A stretch of 32,044 bases of DNA from Octopus bimaculoides (Eukaryota): positions 195,836,054 through 195,868,097 of the forward strand of contig NC_068981.1 in NCBI RefSeq assembly GCF_001194135.2. Direction: 5' to 3'. The position numbers were made by a program, and so were the translations under genes. Of this stretch, positions 1 through 12,526 are shown piece by piece; position 1 is the first letter of the stretch, and every line of letters starts with the position of its first letter. The notes under the pieces are model-generated. The model saw only the letters and a list, made by a program, of their open reading frames with translations. It ran no database searches and was not told where the DNA came from.

Positions 1-15
1 TATATATATATAGGG

Positions 16-65
<50 letters not shown>

Positions 66-530
66 ATACATATTTATCCATATACACACACGTACGTACT
101 TACTAGCATACACACAAGCATATAAACCTATATACCTACGCCTGTATACACACACACATACATACACAGCCTATAAAGCAAAGCGTTAAACATACTGTGT
201 TAATATTGAATTAGTAAAACTGAATGAGTCAACAACGAGGAAACGCCATTTTAATTTTCAAATGTAATTTAAGAAAATCTTATAAACAAATATATTTTCA
301 TGTCTAGAAGTAAAACTAGTGAGATAGGAAAAGAAGACAGTGTGAGTAACAGCAAAACAATGTACTTGGTTTCGTTATTTGACTGTGGCCATGCTGATGT
401 CCTTCTTTCTCTCGTTACCTAGTCACACCGACCAGAGTTATAGTTTTGCTGAGATTTTAATAGAAAACTTTTGACAGGGCACCACTTTTAAAATGGTGTA
501 AATAGGTTTTTATTTGTTTGTTCTAGAAGA

Positions 531-615
531 ACCACGGGCATATGGCGTAGTGGTTAAGAGCGCAGGCTACTAACCCTAAGATTCCGAGTTCGATTCCAAG
601 CAGTGACCTGAACAC

Positions 616-647
<32 letters not shown>

Positions 648-799
648 TCGAAAAATACCTTAGGTATGAGAACCCAGGTTTGAAATTCCGCCAGGGCACC
701 TGATGAAGGCTGGAGAGTACATCAGCCGAGACGTTGTGTTAATAACAAACAAGAGGAGGACAACTATCTGTCGAATGTAAATAATGTAAATAATGTAAA
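531..799 (+). mobile_element. Family A SINE copy 1: tRNA-like head + (AAT)n + hammerhead-like 3' module + (AAATAATGT)n tail
   Basis: Pol III box A TGGCGTAGTGG (543-553) and box B GAGTTCGATTCC (586-597); internal AAT run; body and tail match copies at 13822-14145 and 23010-23404. Confidence 0.85.
695..740 (+). ncRNA. Hammerhead-ribozyme-like motif, core mutated (GAGA instead of GAAA)
   Basis: GGCAC-CTGATGA-A-GGCTG[gagagtacat]CAGCC-GAGA-CGTT-GTGTT; stems I and II pair, core A13 changed. Confidence 0.6.
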
Positions 800-966
800 G
801 AAGTGTCTTTGTCGATGCTTTCTGCATGTCCTACGAAACGAGAAAGATTTATGCGGTTTACGTTACTCTGGAAGCTTTGAAACTCTTCGGCTACACAAGA
901 ACCACATGGTGGTTACCGTAATGCTAACTTTCTGGTGTGGTAGCAACTGTACCTAGTAGGCATAGG

Positions 967-1143
967 AATTATTCTATAGGCACACTATAGGCACAAGTCC
1001 TGACATTTTAGGGTGAGGCGGGAGAGGTACAAATCGAAACGGTGAAAGGTAAAGTCGAGCACGGCGGAATTTGAACTCAGAATGTAAAGACGGACGAATT
1101 ACCGCTATACATTTCGTCCTAACGATTCTGCCGGCTCGCTGCT
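967..1143 (-). mobile_element. Family C SINE, diverged and internally deleted
   Basis: Shares aaagtcga..cggcggaatttgaactcagaa..gacgaa..accgcta and the aggcacaag tail with the adjacent copy at 1145-1369. Confidence 0.75.
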
Positions 1144-1144
1144 T

Positions 1145-1369
1145 TTCTTTTCTACTCAAGGCACAAGGCACAAGGCCCGAAATTTTCGGGGAGGTGGGGG
1201 CAGTCGATTAGTTCGATCCCGGTACGCGACTGGTACTTAATTTATCGACCCCCGAAAGGATGAAAGGCAAAGTCGACCTCGGCGGAATTTGAACTCAGAA
1301 CGTAACGGCAGACGAAATACCGCTAAGCATTTCGCCCGGCCTGCTAACGATTCTGCCAGCTCGCCGCCT
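1145..1369 (-). mobile_element. Family C tRNA-derived SINE, near full length
   Basis: On the minus strand: box A-like gagctggcagaatcgttag, box B gagttcaaattcc, then gtcgactttgcctttcatcctttcgggggtcgataaattaagtaccag. From memory this resembles the Deu/Nin-type conserved SINE domain (unverified). Multiple copies in the window. Confidence 0.85.
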
Positions 1370-2099
1370 TCGGCATAGTAATCATTTCTTACGTGGAGAC
1401 GCAATATCGTTGATGAGAGTAGAAACGAATGTGTAAAGAAAACCTGAATGGAGATATTAATCGATTAGCCCAAGGTTACGGTTACTGCAATAAAGGTATA
1501 CAAGACTGCAAGACCACATAAATCGTCTGCCGGTCAAATACTGGAATACCTTAACGAGTGGTTCCATGCCAATCATTTTAAAAGTCTTCTTTGAGACATA
1601 GCTTAGAATGTCAGAGTATGCTACGTCTGCAATATGCTAGATGTGGAAGCTGTAGTTCATTCTCTTTGTAGTCTGTTACTCGATGTGGAGGGGAAAACGG
1701 ATTCCCAGACTCTTTGTTGCACAGTTTGGATTATGATTAGAATGTTTGTTCCCCAGGGTGGATCTTCAATGATGTTGAGCCCCAGCATTTGTGGCAGTTT
1801 TCAAGGTTCCAGTTGTGTGGGATTCAGATTTAGAAAGGTGTCACAACGCTTTTACTGATGTGTTTAGTAGAAGTGTACATTTGAAGGAGACAAGATTATC
1901 CTCAGAACCGTGTTGGAAGATGTTGTCCGTTCACAGGGTTGTTAGTACGGAGTGTGGAATCCACGTAGAAATGCGTGTATCCAGAAGATGTGTAATGAAG
2001 AGAAGAGTAAAAGTGTTGTTGATAGAGAAGAGAAACAATTGGGACAGAAGGCCGAAAGTAGTGGCGCATCAAATTTCATAGAGCTTGGATTAGAGTGAA

Positions 2100-2160
<61 letters not shown>

Positions 2161-2293
2161 NNNNNNNNNNNNNNNNNNNNNNNNNNNNNNNNNNNNNNNN
2201 NNNNNNNNNNNNNNNNNNNNNNNNNNNNNNNNNNNNNNNNNNNNNNNNNNNNNNNNNNNNNNNNNNNNNNNNNNNNNNNNNNNNNNNNNNNNN

Positions 2294-2334
<41 letters not shown>

Positions 2335-2361
2335 ACACACACATACAGACACACACACACA

Positions 2362-2485
2362 ACAGGCTTCTTTCAGTTTCCGACTACCAAATCCTAATTC
2401 ACAAGGCTTTTGTTGACCCGGGGCATTTGTAGAAGACACTCGCCCAAGGTGTCACGCAGTGGAACTGAAACTGGAAACATGCGGT
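2362..2485 (-). mobile_element. Family B SINE 5' fragment
   Basis: ggcttctttcagtttccg..ctaccaaatcc..cacaaggc..tagaagacact.gcccaaggtg matches the copy at 22061-22468. Confidence 0.8.
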
Positions 2486-2522
2486 AAATGTATCTGCATA
2501 AATATGAATATCCATACAATAC

Positions 2523-2632
2523 CACGGGCTTCTTCCAGTTTTCGTTTACGAAGTCTACTCACGAGGCTTTGGTCGGCTCGGGGTTATAGAAAAAGATACC
2601 AAATAGCTTGGCAGTGGAACCGAACTGGAAAT
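2523..2632 (-). mobile_element. Family B SINE 5' fragment, diverged
   Basis: cgggcttcttccagttttcgt..actcacgaggctttggtcggc resembles the family B head. Confidence 0.7.
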
Positions 2633-2688
2633 TTTTTTACGACAGACATGGCAGCACCTGTGTATGAATGCATGTATGCGTATGTATG

Positions 2689-2729
<41 letters not shown>

Positions 2730-2900
2730 GTGAGTGTGTGTGTATACATACATATATATATATTATCTGCCTCTGGATGCTCTCTTCCCAAGACGGTACC
2801 CATACAGGTGATCCCCAGGAGTGCCTCCGGATTTAAACATTCCCTGGTTGCTTGGATGCTTCAGACTACCCCTGAAGGATCGAGGCAAACCTACCACTTA

Positions 2901-2948
<48 letters not shown>

Positions 2949-3054
2949 TTATGGGATTATATAAAAGAAATAGAGAGAGTTACACTCATATATACACATA
3001 CACACACAGAAAACTACCACACATACACAAAATCAAACATTGTGGAATATATAT

Positions 3055-3172
3055 ATATATCACAAAAAAATTGCTACTCAGAGTTTCACGTTCCCGTTTG
3101 TCGGGCACCTGTAATCACAACTGCCCGACGAACGGGAAGTGAAACTCTGAGTAGCAGATTTTTGTGATATAT
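3055..3172. repeat. Fold-back palindrome / MITE-like hairpin (about 50-bp arms, 14-nt spacer)
   Basis: tgctactcagagtttcacgttcccgtttgtcgggca pairs with tgcccgacgaacgggaagtgaaactctgagtagca (1 bulge, 1 G-U); pairing extends outward through atatatcacaaaaa / tttttgtgatatat. Confidence 0.9.
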
Positions 3173-3619
3173 CTGTGATGGTTTGCAGCTTTAATAATAA
3201 AACCCTATACACACACACACATATATATATACATGTGTGTGTCTGTACATATAGATACACACGCACAATAAATTATTTTATATACTCCGTTCTTCTGATG
3301 AGACAACCAGTTTTGCGTGTGGGAAGCATGTAGTTATCGTTAGTACTAGCTTTCCATATTCTCTGCCAAACTCTTCAGCAATTATCTCAGCATTGGAAAA
3401 TTGATTTAATTAACACCTTTTATTAATTATTGTTTATTATTTTACAGGAAAACTTTGCAACCGAGAGAGAATTGTGATAGCCGCCAGGCGTCAGGCGAAA
3501 GGTCATCTGTGATATAAACAGTGGAAATGGAAGACGTTGGGGAGGTGGAGATGAAACCGTGCTCTTGTAGGAGGTGGGGCTCAGATTGCTTAATACGGAA
3601 ACAAGGAAGCAGTGGTGTT

Positions 3620-3770
3620 GTTGTTGATGGTGGTGGTGACAGTGTTGGTGGTGATGGTGGTGGTGATGGTGGTGGTGCTGTTCGTGATGGCATGTTGTTG
3701 CTGGTGGTGGTGATGGTGATGATAGTGGTGATGGTGGTGATGGTGACAGTGGTGGAGATGGTGGGTGTTT
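3620..3770. repeat. (GGT)/(GAT) degenerate trinucleotide repeat
   Basis: Direct reading of the sequence. Confidence 0.9.
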
Positions 3771-4369
3771 AAGGAGTGGAAGTTTAGAGATAGTGAGAGA
3801 TATATCAGGGTGTAAATTGTCTGATGACGAAAGATAATAACAATTGTCACATTAAACGTGGAAGATTCTTGATCATAAATGATTGGCTCGTCTTATACGA
3901 AGCACATTGAACTCATCATTCTCCCTTTCTCCTCTTCTCAAGCACGTGTATGCAGACACACACAGACACACACATATACATACCTATGTATTTGTATAAA
4001 TATATATGTGTGTGTATGTGTGTATATATATATATGCACACAGATGCACACTCACACGCACGCACACTCACTCACACACACGCATCATACACACACGCAC
4101 ACATGACACGATAGGATTTATCCGGAATACCGGTCCGGTGTCTGGAGATTCATAGAAAGTTATTGTGAATTTCTAATGGGAAAAATTGATATATTCATAA
4201 ATATTGTACATATAAACACATACTATACATGCATACATACATACATACATACGTGTGTGTGTGTGTGTTTGTGGATGAGAACATACATCACCGCTATTTA
4301 TCTATATGTGTGCATGTACGTATGCATGTATGTATAATGTATATATTGTATGTAATCATGTATGTTATC

Positions 4370-5130
4370 CCTTAGATCCCCCAGGCAGTACAACGGGCCA
4401 CGAGCCCTCTCCAAACATCCCATTTATATGCTTTTCTCTTAGCTCCAATCGAGTCAGCCCCTGTCGCTATCATGGCGTCCCGGAACATACTATGCTACGT
4501 CTTCCTTTGTCTTCTTTCTGGTCATCTTTCTCCTTTCGGAATTCACTCCACCATGATAGTAGCACGTGCCTCCTACAGTAATCCAGGCGCATGGCCAGTA
4601 AACCGTAACCGATGCTTAGTCAGCGTCTCCTGTAATCTTCCGACTCTGTCCCGGTAAGAAATGACCGTCCCGCATTTGAGAGGCCTTCACCGTATTTTTT
4701 CCGGTTTCACAGGCGTAGATAATTGTTGATATAATAGATGAGTACAGCTGCAGTGTTATCTTCTTATCAATGACCCTCAATCTCAATTCCCTATGAAGGT
4801 CTTGGACTACTGACGTTGCTGTTTCTATGCTGGACTTTAATTTCTGCATGAACACCGTTGGAAAGACAGCCTCTGAGATATGTAAAATTTACGACGAACC
4901 GAATTTTGTCTTGTCTTAGATAGAGAAGTTGTATTTAGACTCCACCATTTAAAATGGCTTTAGTCTTTTAGACGCCAATCCACAACTTTACTTCGGCTCC
5001 CGAATTGTTCAGCCTATTTGTCATGGCCTTCAGCATATCTCTGTCGGAGCTTTGTAACGGCAAGTGGTGTGCGAATTCCAACTCCACCAGTTTGTCTGGT
5101 CTTCGCGTTATTCCATAATTGGTGGTGATA
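4370..5130 (-). pseudogene. RTE-clade LINE reverse transcriptase C-terminal relic
   Basis: Minus-strand translation across stops and frameshifts: LEFAHHLPL (degenerate DFADD region), KTK, NFTYL, LQLYSSIISTIIYACET (4703-4717), RLRFTGH, WRGLVARC. This is the motif order typical of RTE ORFs. Confidence 0.85.
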
Positions 5131-5500
5131 CATCGCTTTTCGCATTATATATATATATATNNNNNNNNNNNNNNNNNNNNNNNNNNNNNNNNNNNNNNNN
5201 NNNNNNNNNNNNNNNNNNNNNNNNNNNNNNNNNNNNNNNNNNNNNNNNNNNNNNNNNNNNNNNNNNNNNNNNNNNNNNNNNNNNNNNNNNNNNNNNNNNN
5301 NNNNNNNNNNNNNNNNNNNNNNNNNNNNNNNNNNNNNNNNNNNNNNNNNNNNNNNNNNNNNNNNNNNNNNNNNNNNNNNNNNNNNNNNNNNNNNNNNNNN
5401 NNNNNNNNNNNNNNNNNNNNNNNNNNNNNNNNNNNNNNNNNNNNNNNNNNNNNNNNNNNNNNNNNNNNNNNNNNNNNNNNNNNNNNNNNNNNNNNNNNNN

Positions 5501-5603
5501 TTCCACCGCGTGGCACCTTGGGCAAGTGTCTTCTACTATAGCCTCTCGCCGACCAAAGCCTTGTGAGTGGATTTGGCAGATGGAAACTGAAAGAAGCCAG
5601 TCG

Positions 5604-5660
<57 letters not shown>

Positions 5661-5867
5661 CTGTATTTGTGTTTGTCCCCCTAACATCGCTTGACAACTG
5701 ATGCTGGTGTGTTCACGTCCCCGTAATTTAGCGGTACGGTAAAAGAGACCGATAGAATAAGTACTAGGCTTACAAAGAATAAATCCTGGGGTCGATTTGC
5801 TCGACTAAAGGCGGTGGTCCAGCATGACCGCAGTCAAATGAATGAAACAAGAAAAAGAGTAAAAGAG
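5501..5867 (+). mobile_element. Family B SINE with internal (TA)n(TG)n; 5' end hidden in the gap
   Basis: ccttgggcaagtgtcttctactatagcc (CORE-like), internal TG run, 3' module gatagaataagtactagg..ggggtcgatt..ccagcatgaccgcagtcaaatg and tail. Confidence 0.9.
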
Positions 5868-6511
5868 TATGCACACATACAAACCCACAGACCCACAGAC
5901 ACACACACACACACATACATACATACATACATACATACATACATACATACATACNNNNNNNNNNNNNNNNNNNNNNNNNNNNNNNNNNNNNNNNNNNNNN
6001 NNNNNNNNNNNNNNNNNNNNNNNNNNNNNNNNNNNNNNNNNNNNNNNNNNNNNNNNNNNNNNNNNNNNNNNNNNNNNNNNNNNNNNNNNNNNNNNNNNNN
6101 NNNNNNNNNNNNNNNNNNNNNNNNNNNNNNNNNNNNNNNNNNNNNNNNNNNNNNNNNNNNNNNNNNNNNNNNNNNNNNNNNNNNNNNNNNNNNNNNNNNN
6201 NNNNNNNNNNNNNNNNNNNNNNNNNNNNNNNNNNNNNNNNNNNNNNNNNNNNNNNNNNNNNNNNNNNNNNNNNNNNNNNNNNNNNNNNNNNNNNNNNNNN
6301 NNNNNNNNNNNNNNNNNNNNNNNNNNNNNNNNNNNNNNNNNNNNNNNNNNNNNNNNNNNNNNNNNNNNNNNNNNNNNNNNNNNNNNNNNNNNNNNNNNNN
6401 NNNNNNNNNNNNNNNNNNNNNNNNNNNNNNNNNNNNNNNNNNNNNNNNNNNNNNNNNNNNNNNNNNNNNNNNNNNNNNNNNNNNNNNNNNNNNNNNNNNN
6501 NNNNNNNNNNN

Positions 6512-6603
6512 TAGGCTTACAAAGAATCAGTCCTGGGGTCGATTTGCTTGACTAAAGGCGGAGCTCTAGCATGGCCGCAGTTAAATGGCTGAAACAAATA
6601 AAA

Positions 6604-6606
<3 letters not shown>
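6512..6606 (+). mobile_element. Family B SINE 3' end
   Basis: taggcttacaaagaa..cctggggtcgatttgc..gcatggccgcagttaaatggctgaaac, matching 5765-5860 with several differences. Confidence 0.85.
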
Positions 6607-6638
<32 letters not shown>

Positions 6639-7744
6639 TAGATAGATAGATAGATAGATACATACATACATACATACATACATACATGCATACATACATA
6701 CATATGTATATATATATAGAGAGAGAGAGAGATTGATATATATATATATATATATATATATTTGTAGATACACATATGTAGCCATTTCCATATCATACTT
6801 AACGCAGGCATATTCTTGAAAGCCTACTAAGCTGTGGTAATCGTCTAGAGAAAGCACGCATAGTTTACGACAAAAAAAAAATTAAAGTGAAGAAATGCAC
6901 CAGCTGTCGACGAGAATTACCCAGCAGAGTTTGACCCATTGCTAGATACGTATTTTTGCTTCTTTGAGCAAAATAAGTCTTTTGACTACATCAGTAAGTG
7001 GCCATTAGCAACGCATACTAAAAAAAAAATTGATTGTTAACTGATATCGTTAAACAATGACTGCAAAGTCTGTGATGTCGCTTTTAGCCAAGATGATGAA
7101 TAAAAATTTGTTGTCGATGAATTGCTGTCGTGAACTGAGTAAAATTTCCTCAATTGTGTGAGTAAAGATGCTATAATAAGCACAGTATAACGTTTGATGG
7201 TGAAATACATATTAATCAAATTTGGTAAATGGAGGTTAAACTCCACCAGTGGAGGGAACAATATATTTAGAGTAGGTGGAAGACGAGTACAAGGCATAAA
7301 TGTAAATATAAAAATGTAACAAAAAGATAAAACAGCAAAAAATGACTGAAAAGAAATAGAAATGAATGGTTTTAGTCGGGTGATGGTGAGGTTTTGTAGT
7401 TTCACAATAGATGCTTTTCAAATGACTGCCTTTTTTGAATAGCTTCGATCAGGTGATTGAATAGAAGCGTTGTTTATGTCGGTTTTGGATATTCACTTTT
7501 TCTCTGCTGTACTTAAGTCACACTTTATATTACCAAATTGGCATCGTCACGATCATTCCCGTACTTACCATTTACTTCGAAATATAGAGAAGTCGAATCT
7601 CTCTGAAGAAATGACATATTGAATAATTGTGATCAAAATATTCCTTAAAATAAGTGATCATTAGTACGGGAAGAGTGTTTTTGATTATAGTTCTACTAAA
7701 TCAGGGTTGAAAAGGGACTGAACAACAGCAACAACAACAATGCG

Positions 7745-7812
7745 CATGGTTGACTCAGGCTTGAACTCCTGACTGTGTAATTGGCAGTGTAAGTCTTTAA
7801 CCACATAACTAT
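7745..7812 (-). mobile_element. Degenerate tRNA-like SINE head
   Basis: Minus strand gttatgtggttaaagac...ggagttcaagcc resembles box A and box B; no body recognised. Confidence 0.3.
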
Positions 7813-7993
7813 CGAGTCTCATTATTTATCTTTCTTTATACCTATATGCAAATATAGATGCATGTTTATGCACATACATACATTCATATGCACATATATA
7901 TACATATCGATAAGTAAAATATCTATATAAATATTTTGCGACACGCGTATATATATGTATATGTATTTGAGAGTATGTATGTATGTATGTATG

Positions 7994-8050
<57 letters not shown>

Positions 8051-8083
8051 TACGCTTCTACATAAATATACATATTAATACTT

Positions 8084-8133
<50 letters not shown>

Positions 8134-8582
8134 ACACACAACTAAGTGTATGTATGTATGTATATATGTATATATGTATATGACCATGTGCTGGAGAGTG
8201 AGAGCAAAAGTGTGTGTATTCCTTTATTATTATATCCGTGACACAATGATAAATTCATATATTCACAAAAATAAAATTGTTTATTGAATTCTTTATCGAA
8301 AAACAAAAAACCTACACATAAAAAATAACAATATTACATTGCTATATAATATAAAAATCAACGTCAAGAACAATATCATGATTTTAATATTATTTAATAT
8401 TTTTTCAACTTATCAATAATGTTGTGATTTTATAGCCTCATTATATTTTATAGCTTTTCGGTTTGGAATCAGGAATCGTGCTGGAAATTGTGTCTTTGAG
8501 AGATCTGTACTAAGAAATGGGTTGAATATGATGTACATGTATATATATGCATATATATACATATATACATATATACATATAA

Positions 8583-8626
<44 letters not shown>

Positions 8627-9379
8627 ATTTATGTATGCACATATATATGTATGTATATATATACATATACACACATATACATAGAAACATACATACATAT
8701 AAATACGCACGTATATATATGTATCTATATGTATTTATGGTCATATATGCATGTATACGTACGCGTACATTAATATATTCAAATATTTATAGTCATTTGT
8801 ATATGTATATTAATACATATATATATATGTATTTCATGAGATATATATACATATATATATATATATATAAATGTATATATACAACACACACATTATACAT
8901 GTATACTGTACAATACATGTGAACATATATGGGTATATTAAAATATTTATTGTCACATATAGATATGTATATGCATATATATCTCTCTCACCCTCTCTCT
9001 TCCTATATGTATGTATGTACACATATATATACATTATATATATATATATATATATATACACTCATAATTATTGATTGATTGATTTTTCGTTCATTTTTCC
9101 ATATTTGTTGGTTTCTGGTTTTATTTGCTGGTAATTTGAAATGCGAAATTCTTTGAAAATTTGCAACAAAATGTATTTTATGCTCCTCATTAACATTTTT
9201 TTGGAGTGACATATTCGCTTTTAACTAACGCTTCGAGTTTTTAGTTTTCAAATGTAATGTGGCTTTATATCTTGCAAATCTTTGCTGGCTCTTCTTTTGC
9301 TTGTTTATGTTGTTGTTATTGTTCTTGACTTTTTCCTTCGTTTTCTTCTTCAAATAATACGAATAATGATAAAACAGTA

Positions 9380-9407
9380 ATGATGGTGATGATGATCAGT
9401 ATTAGTA

Positions 9408-9454
<47 letters not shown>

Positions 9455-9530
9455 GACATTATCGTCATCAGTTTCATCATCATCATCATCATCGTCATCA
9501 TCATCATCATCATCATCATCATCACCATCA
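9380..9530. repeat. Compound (TAT)n(CAT)n microsatellite
   Basis: Direct reading; similar compound arrays at 10090-10145, 10250-10330, 10360-10510 and 10570-10715. Confidence 0.95.
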
Positions 9531-9799
9531 TGGAAGAAATGCTAGAACAATCGTACAAATTCTGCTGTGGTATTTAGTCGTGGCTTGTGACATTCCGATT
9601 TCAAATCCAAACCAAGCTTACATTTGATTTCGTTTCGTCGCGATCTTTAATTTAATATATCACTTAAATCCTTTGGTCGATATAAATGACCCGAATCTCC
9701 TCAAAAATGTTAGGTTCCTTGTCTATGTTAGAAATTATATTGGGTAAGAAACGGTGGAGTGCTAGACAAGATGTCTTGCTATCATTGCACCCACTCTTT

Positions 9800-10097
9800 A
9801 ATTCTACCTTCAGAATCCGTTGAGGTCAACTTTGCCTTTCAGCATTCGGTGGGTCAATAAAATAAATTAGAAACCGAATACTGGTGTCGAAGTACTTAGT
9901 TAACCTTTGCCCTTCAAAATTGTTACCCTGTGCCAGAATCTGAAAAAAAGCTGTTATCATTAGGTCGAGTTTGCCTTTCATTTTTCCGAGGGGTTCGATA
10001 AAAATAAACACCAGCTGAGCACTGGCGTGGTTACAATGGACCAGTCCATTCCCCGAAGTTTCCAACCCTTGTGCCTATAGAAGAAAAGATCATCAAT

Positions 10098-10134
<37 letters not shown>

Positions 10135-10250
10135 CCACCACCACCATAGACTTTGCTTTTCACCTCCCTGGGGTCGATAAAATAGGTGCCAGTTGAACAT
10201 TGCAACCTCTAGTAAAAATTGATGGTTTTGTGCCAAAATTTGCAAGCGCT
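9800..10250 (+). mobile_element. Cluster of three old family C-related SINE fragments
   Basis: Three variants of gtc(a/g)actttgc.tttca...gggtc(a/g)ataaaa at about 9826, 9963 and 10149. Confidence 0.65.
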
Positions 10251-10473
10251 ATTATTATTATCACTGTTGTTATTATTACTGTTGTTGTTGTTATTATTGT
10301 TATTGTTATTGTTATTGTTGTTGTTCTCATCTTTTTCCTCACAGTTTTTAAATTTTTATCAGCATCATCATCATCATCATCATCATCATCATTAATCATG
10401 ATGATGATGATGATGATGATTATCATTAATCATCATCATCATTACTATCATCGTCATCATCGTCATCATCATG

Positions 10474-10508
<35 letters not shown>

Positions 10509-10593
10509 TTGTGTATTTGTTTATTCGTCCTTGTATTGTTTTCAATGTTGGGGCCCATGTGACCAATATAAAATTATTATTATAATTATTTTC

Positions 10594-10674
<81 letters not shown>

Positions 10675-12239
10675 GTCACCATCGTCATCATGATCATCAT
10701 CATCATTACTATTATAAGGTATTTGCTGTAATGTTAGTGGTATTACTGTTGGAATGGTTGTATTTTAATAATAAAACCATCAAGTCCTTTGCTTTAAAAA
10801 TTTTTGAAACGAAAATTTTTTTGTTTTGTTTCTCTTTTCATCCTCATATTCCATCTTAAGCCTGATTTATACTCGTCCTTCGTTTTCCCTATCCACATCG
10901 TTAGCTTACCTGTCATCTCCATCCATCTATTCTGGGTTTTTCTTTTTTCAAAATTATATGGAAGGGTTTTGCATATATCGAAAATCCTTTTAATATTCTT
11001 TACATTTCTTTATTCCATTATAGCTCTCTTACACTCTCACTTTCTCCTCTATCTATCCCAAGATATCTTTTTCTCCTCTTTTCCCTCCCCATATTTTTTC
11101 CTAATTTCCATTTTCTTTTTTTCCTTTCACTAAAACCTTCAACAACCGCTGTATTTCATCAAATATATGAAATTTTCAACCAAAATCGATTAAATTATGA
11201 AACAAATTTAATAAATGGAAAACAATTTCAAAACATCAATATGATGAAATTTTACGGTTAAAAAATTATTCAACAAAACCTAAAATCTAAACAAAATATA
11301 TTTAAAACTTTTTAAAAAATATTTCAAGAAATGAAATCCTGATCTTTTTTGTCTTTTTCTTTGTTTTTTTGTTTTTTGTCTTTTTCTTTTCTCTCAGATG
11401 CAGAATAAGGAATTGATGGTTTTATAAACGAAGCCAAATATTACTTAATTCTAACCAAAGATCAGAATTGCTCTGGAAATGGATCAACTGGTGACATTTA
11501 AACGAATCAAATTCAGTCCATGATTGAGGATTCAGTTTCAAGTTGACTTGAAAAAATATTTCTTTTTCTGAAACTGCGAAGTTTAATTAATATGAATATA
11601 AAAAAATAATTAGACCAGGAATTACGTTTGGCTTACGAAATTGTCAATATTTGAAAGGCAGCTTGTCATTCTACAGAGCTACTCAGCTGAATATGATATC
11701 CGCCATCATTTTTCTGTTTTTTTTTCTTCTTTTTCTGTTTGCTAATATTAGTATGGTTATGGTATGTTATTTATTTGTCTGTTTATATTTCTGCTTAGAG
11801 AGTTATATCATTCATCGAGCGAAGAAATCACTTCGTATAAAGGAAATACGACATAGAAAGGTATTTACGCTAGGTGTTGTTGAGTTGTTTAGGCAAACTG
11901 TCATGAAGGATTTAAATCTATTAGGTATGTGTTGTTTAACTACTTACGTTGTACAGACGTATTATGTTCTGAATTCCGTTGAGAAACTCCTGTGATCGTT
12001 TTATTATCAATTGATAATTACTGTTTAAGCAAATATTATATTTAATTATATCCATTATGTCCTTGCTCGATACATTCAATTTGTTTCTCTCAGACCGATT
12101 GGTCACACCGGGAGACGAGTGTGCAAGGTTAACCAACTAAGGGGACTTAAATCTGCACGGGCAATACAGTTTTTGTTTCGCATTGTGAGAAATGACATAC
12201 ATAAACCATTTATCTAAACCACGTGCATATGCATTATAC

Positions 12240-12282
<43 letters not shown>

Positions 12283-12285
<3 letters not shown>

Positions 12286-12399
12286 GGAGTTGCTTCCCAA
12301 CCACATGGTTCCGAGTTCAGTCTCACTGCGTCGCAACTCGGGCAAGTGTCTTCTACTAAGGCCTCGGGCCGCAAAGCCTTGTGAGTGGATTTGGTAGAC
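12283..12399 (+). mobile_element. Family B SINE 5' fragment
   Basis: gcttcccaaccacatggttccgagttcagtctcactgc..gggcaagtgtcttctact..gccttgtgagtggatttggtagac. Confidence 0.85.
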
Positions 12400-12526
12400 A
12401 CACATACACACATACATATGTGTATATATAATATAATATTAGGATAAATACTTTATAAGAATTTATCAAGTAGTTAGCGTGAAAAAACCTCATAAGGAAA
12501 AAAAAACCCATCATTTTTTCCCATAA

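Larger units (their letters stand above)
917..11989 (-). other. Candidate chain of short spliced exons of an unidentified host gene (11948-11989, 7569-7602, 3446-3506, 1393-1443, 917-952)
   Basis: Each block lies in unique sequence and is bounded by AG...GT on the minus strand (donors GTAAGT, GTAAGT, GTAAAA, GTAAGA, GTAACC). They can be joined in one open frame, but no protein family is recognised. Confidence 0.25.

Noticed and set aside
535-608. Apparent tRNA genes at the family A heads (loop CTACTAA)
   Set aside because: The acceptor and T stems pair poorly, and each head continues into the same repeat body, so these are SINE heads. The TACTAAC match to a branch-point consensus is incidental to the repeat.
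1620-2090. Moderate-GC segment with faint LINE-like peptides (QQRVWES, SLGIRF)
   Set aside because: No consistent motif order; left unclassified.
3821-3832. CTGATGA-C-GAAA hammerhead-like string
   Set aside because: There is no stem II and no pairing stem I or III.
11340-11430. Strong plus-strand polypyrimidine tract with AG at 11397
   Set aside because: All three frames stop within 10 codons and no supporting plus-strand exon set was found.
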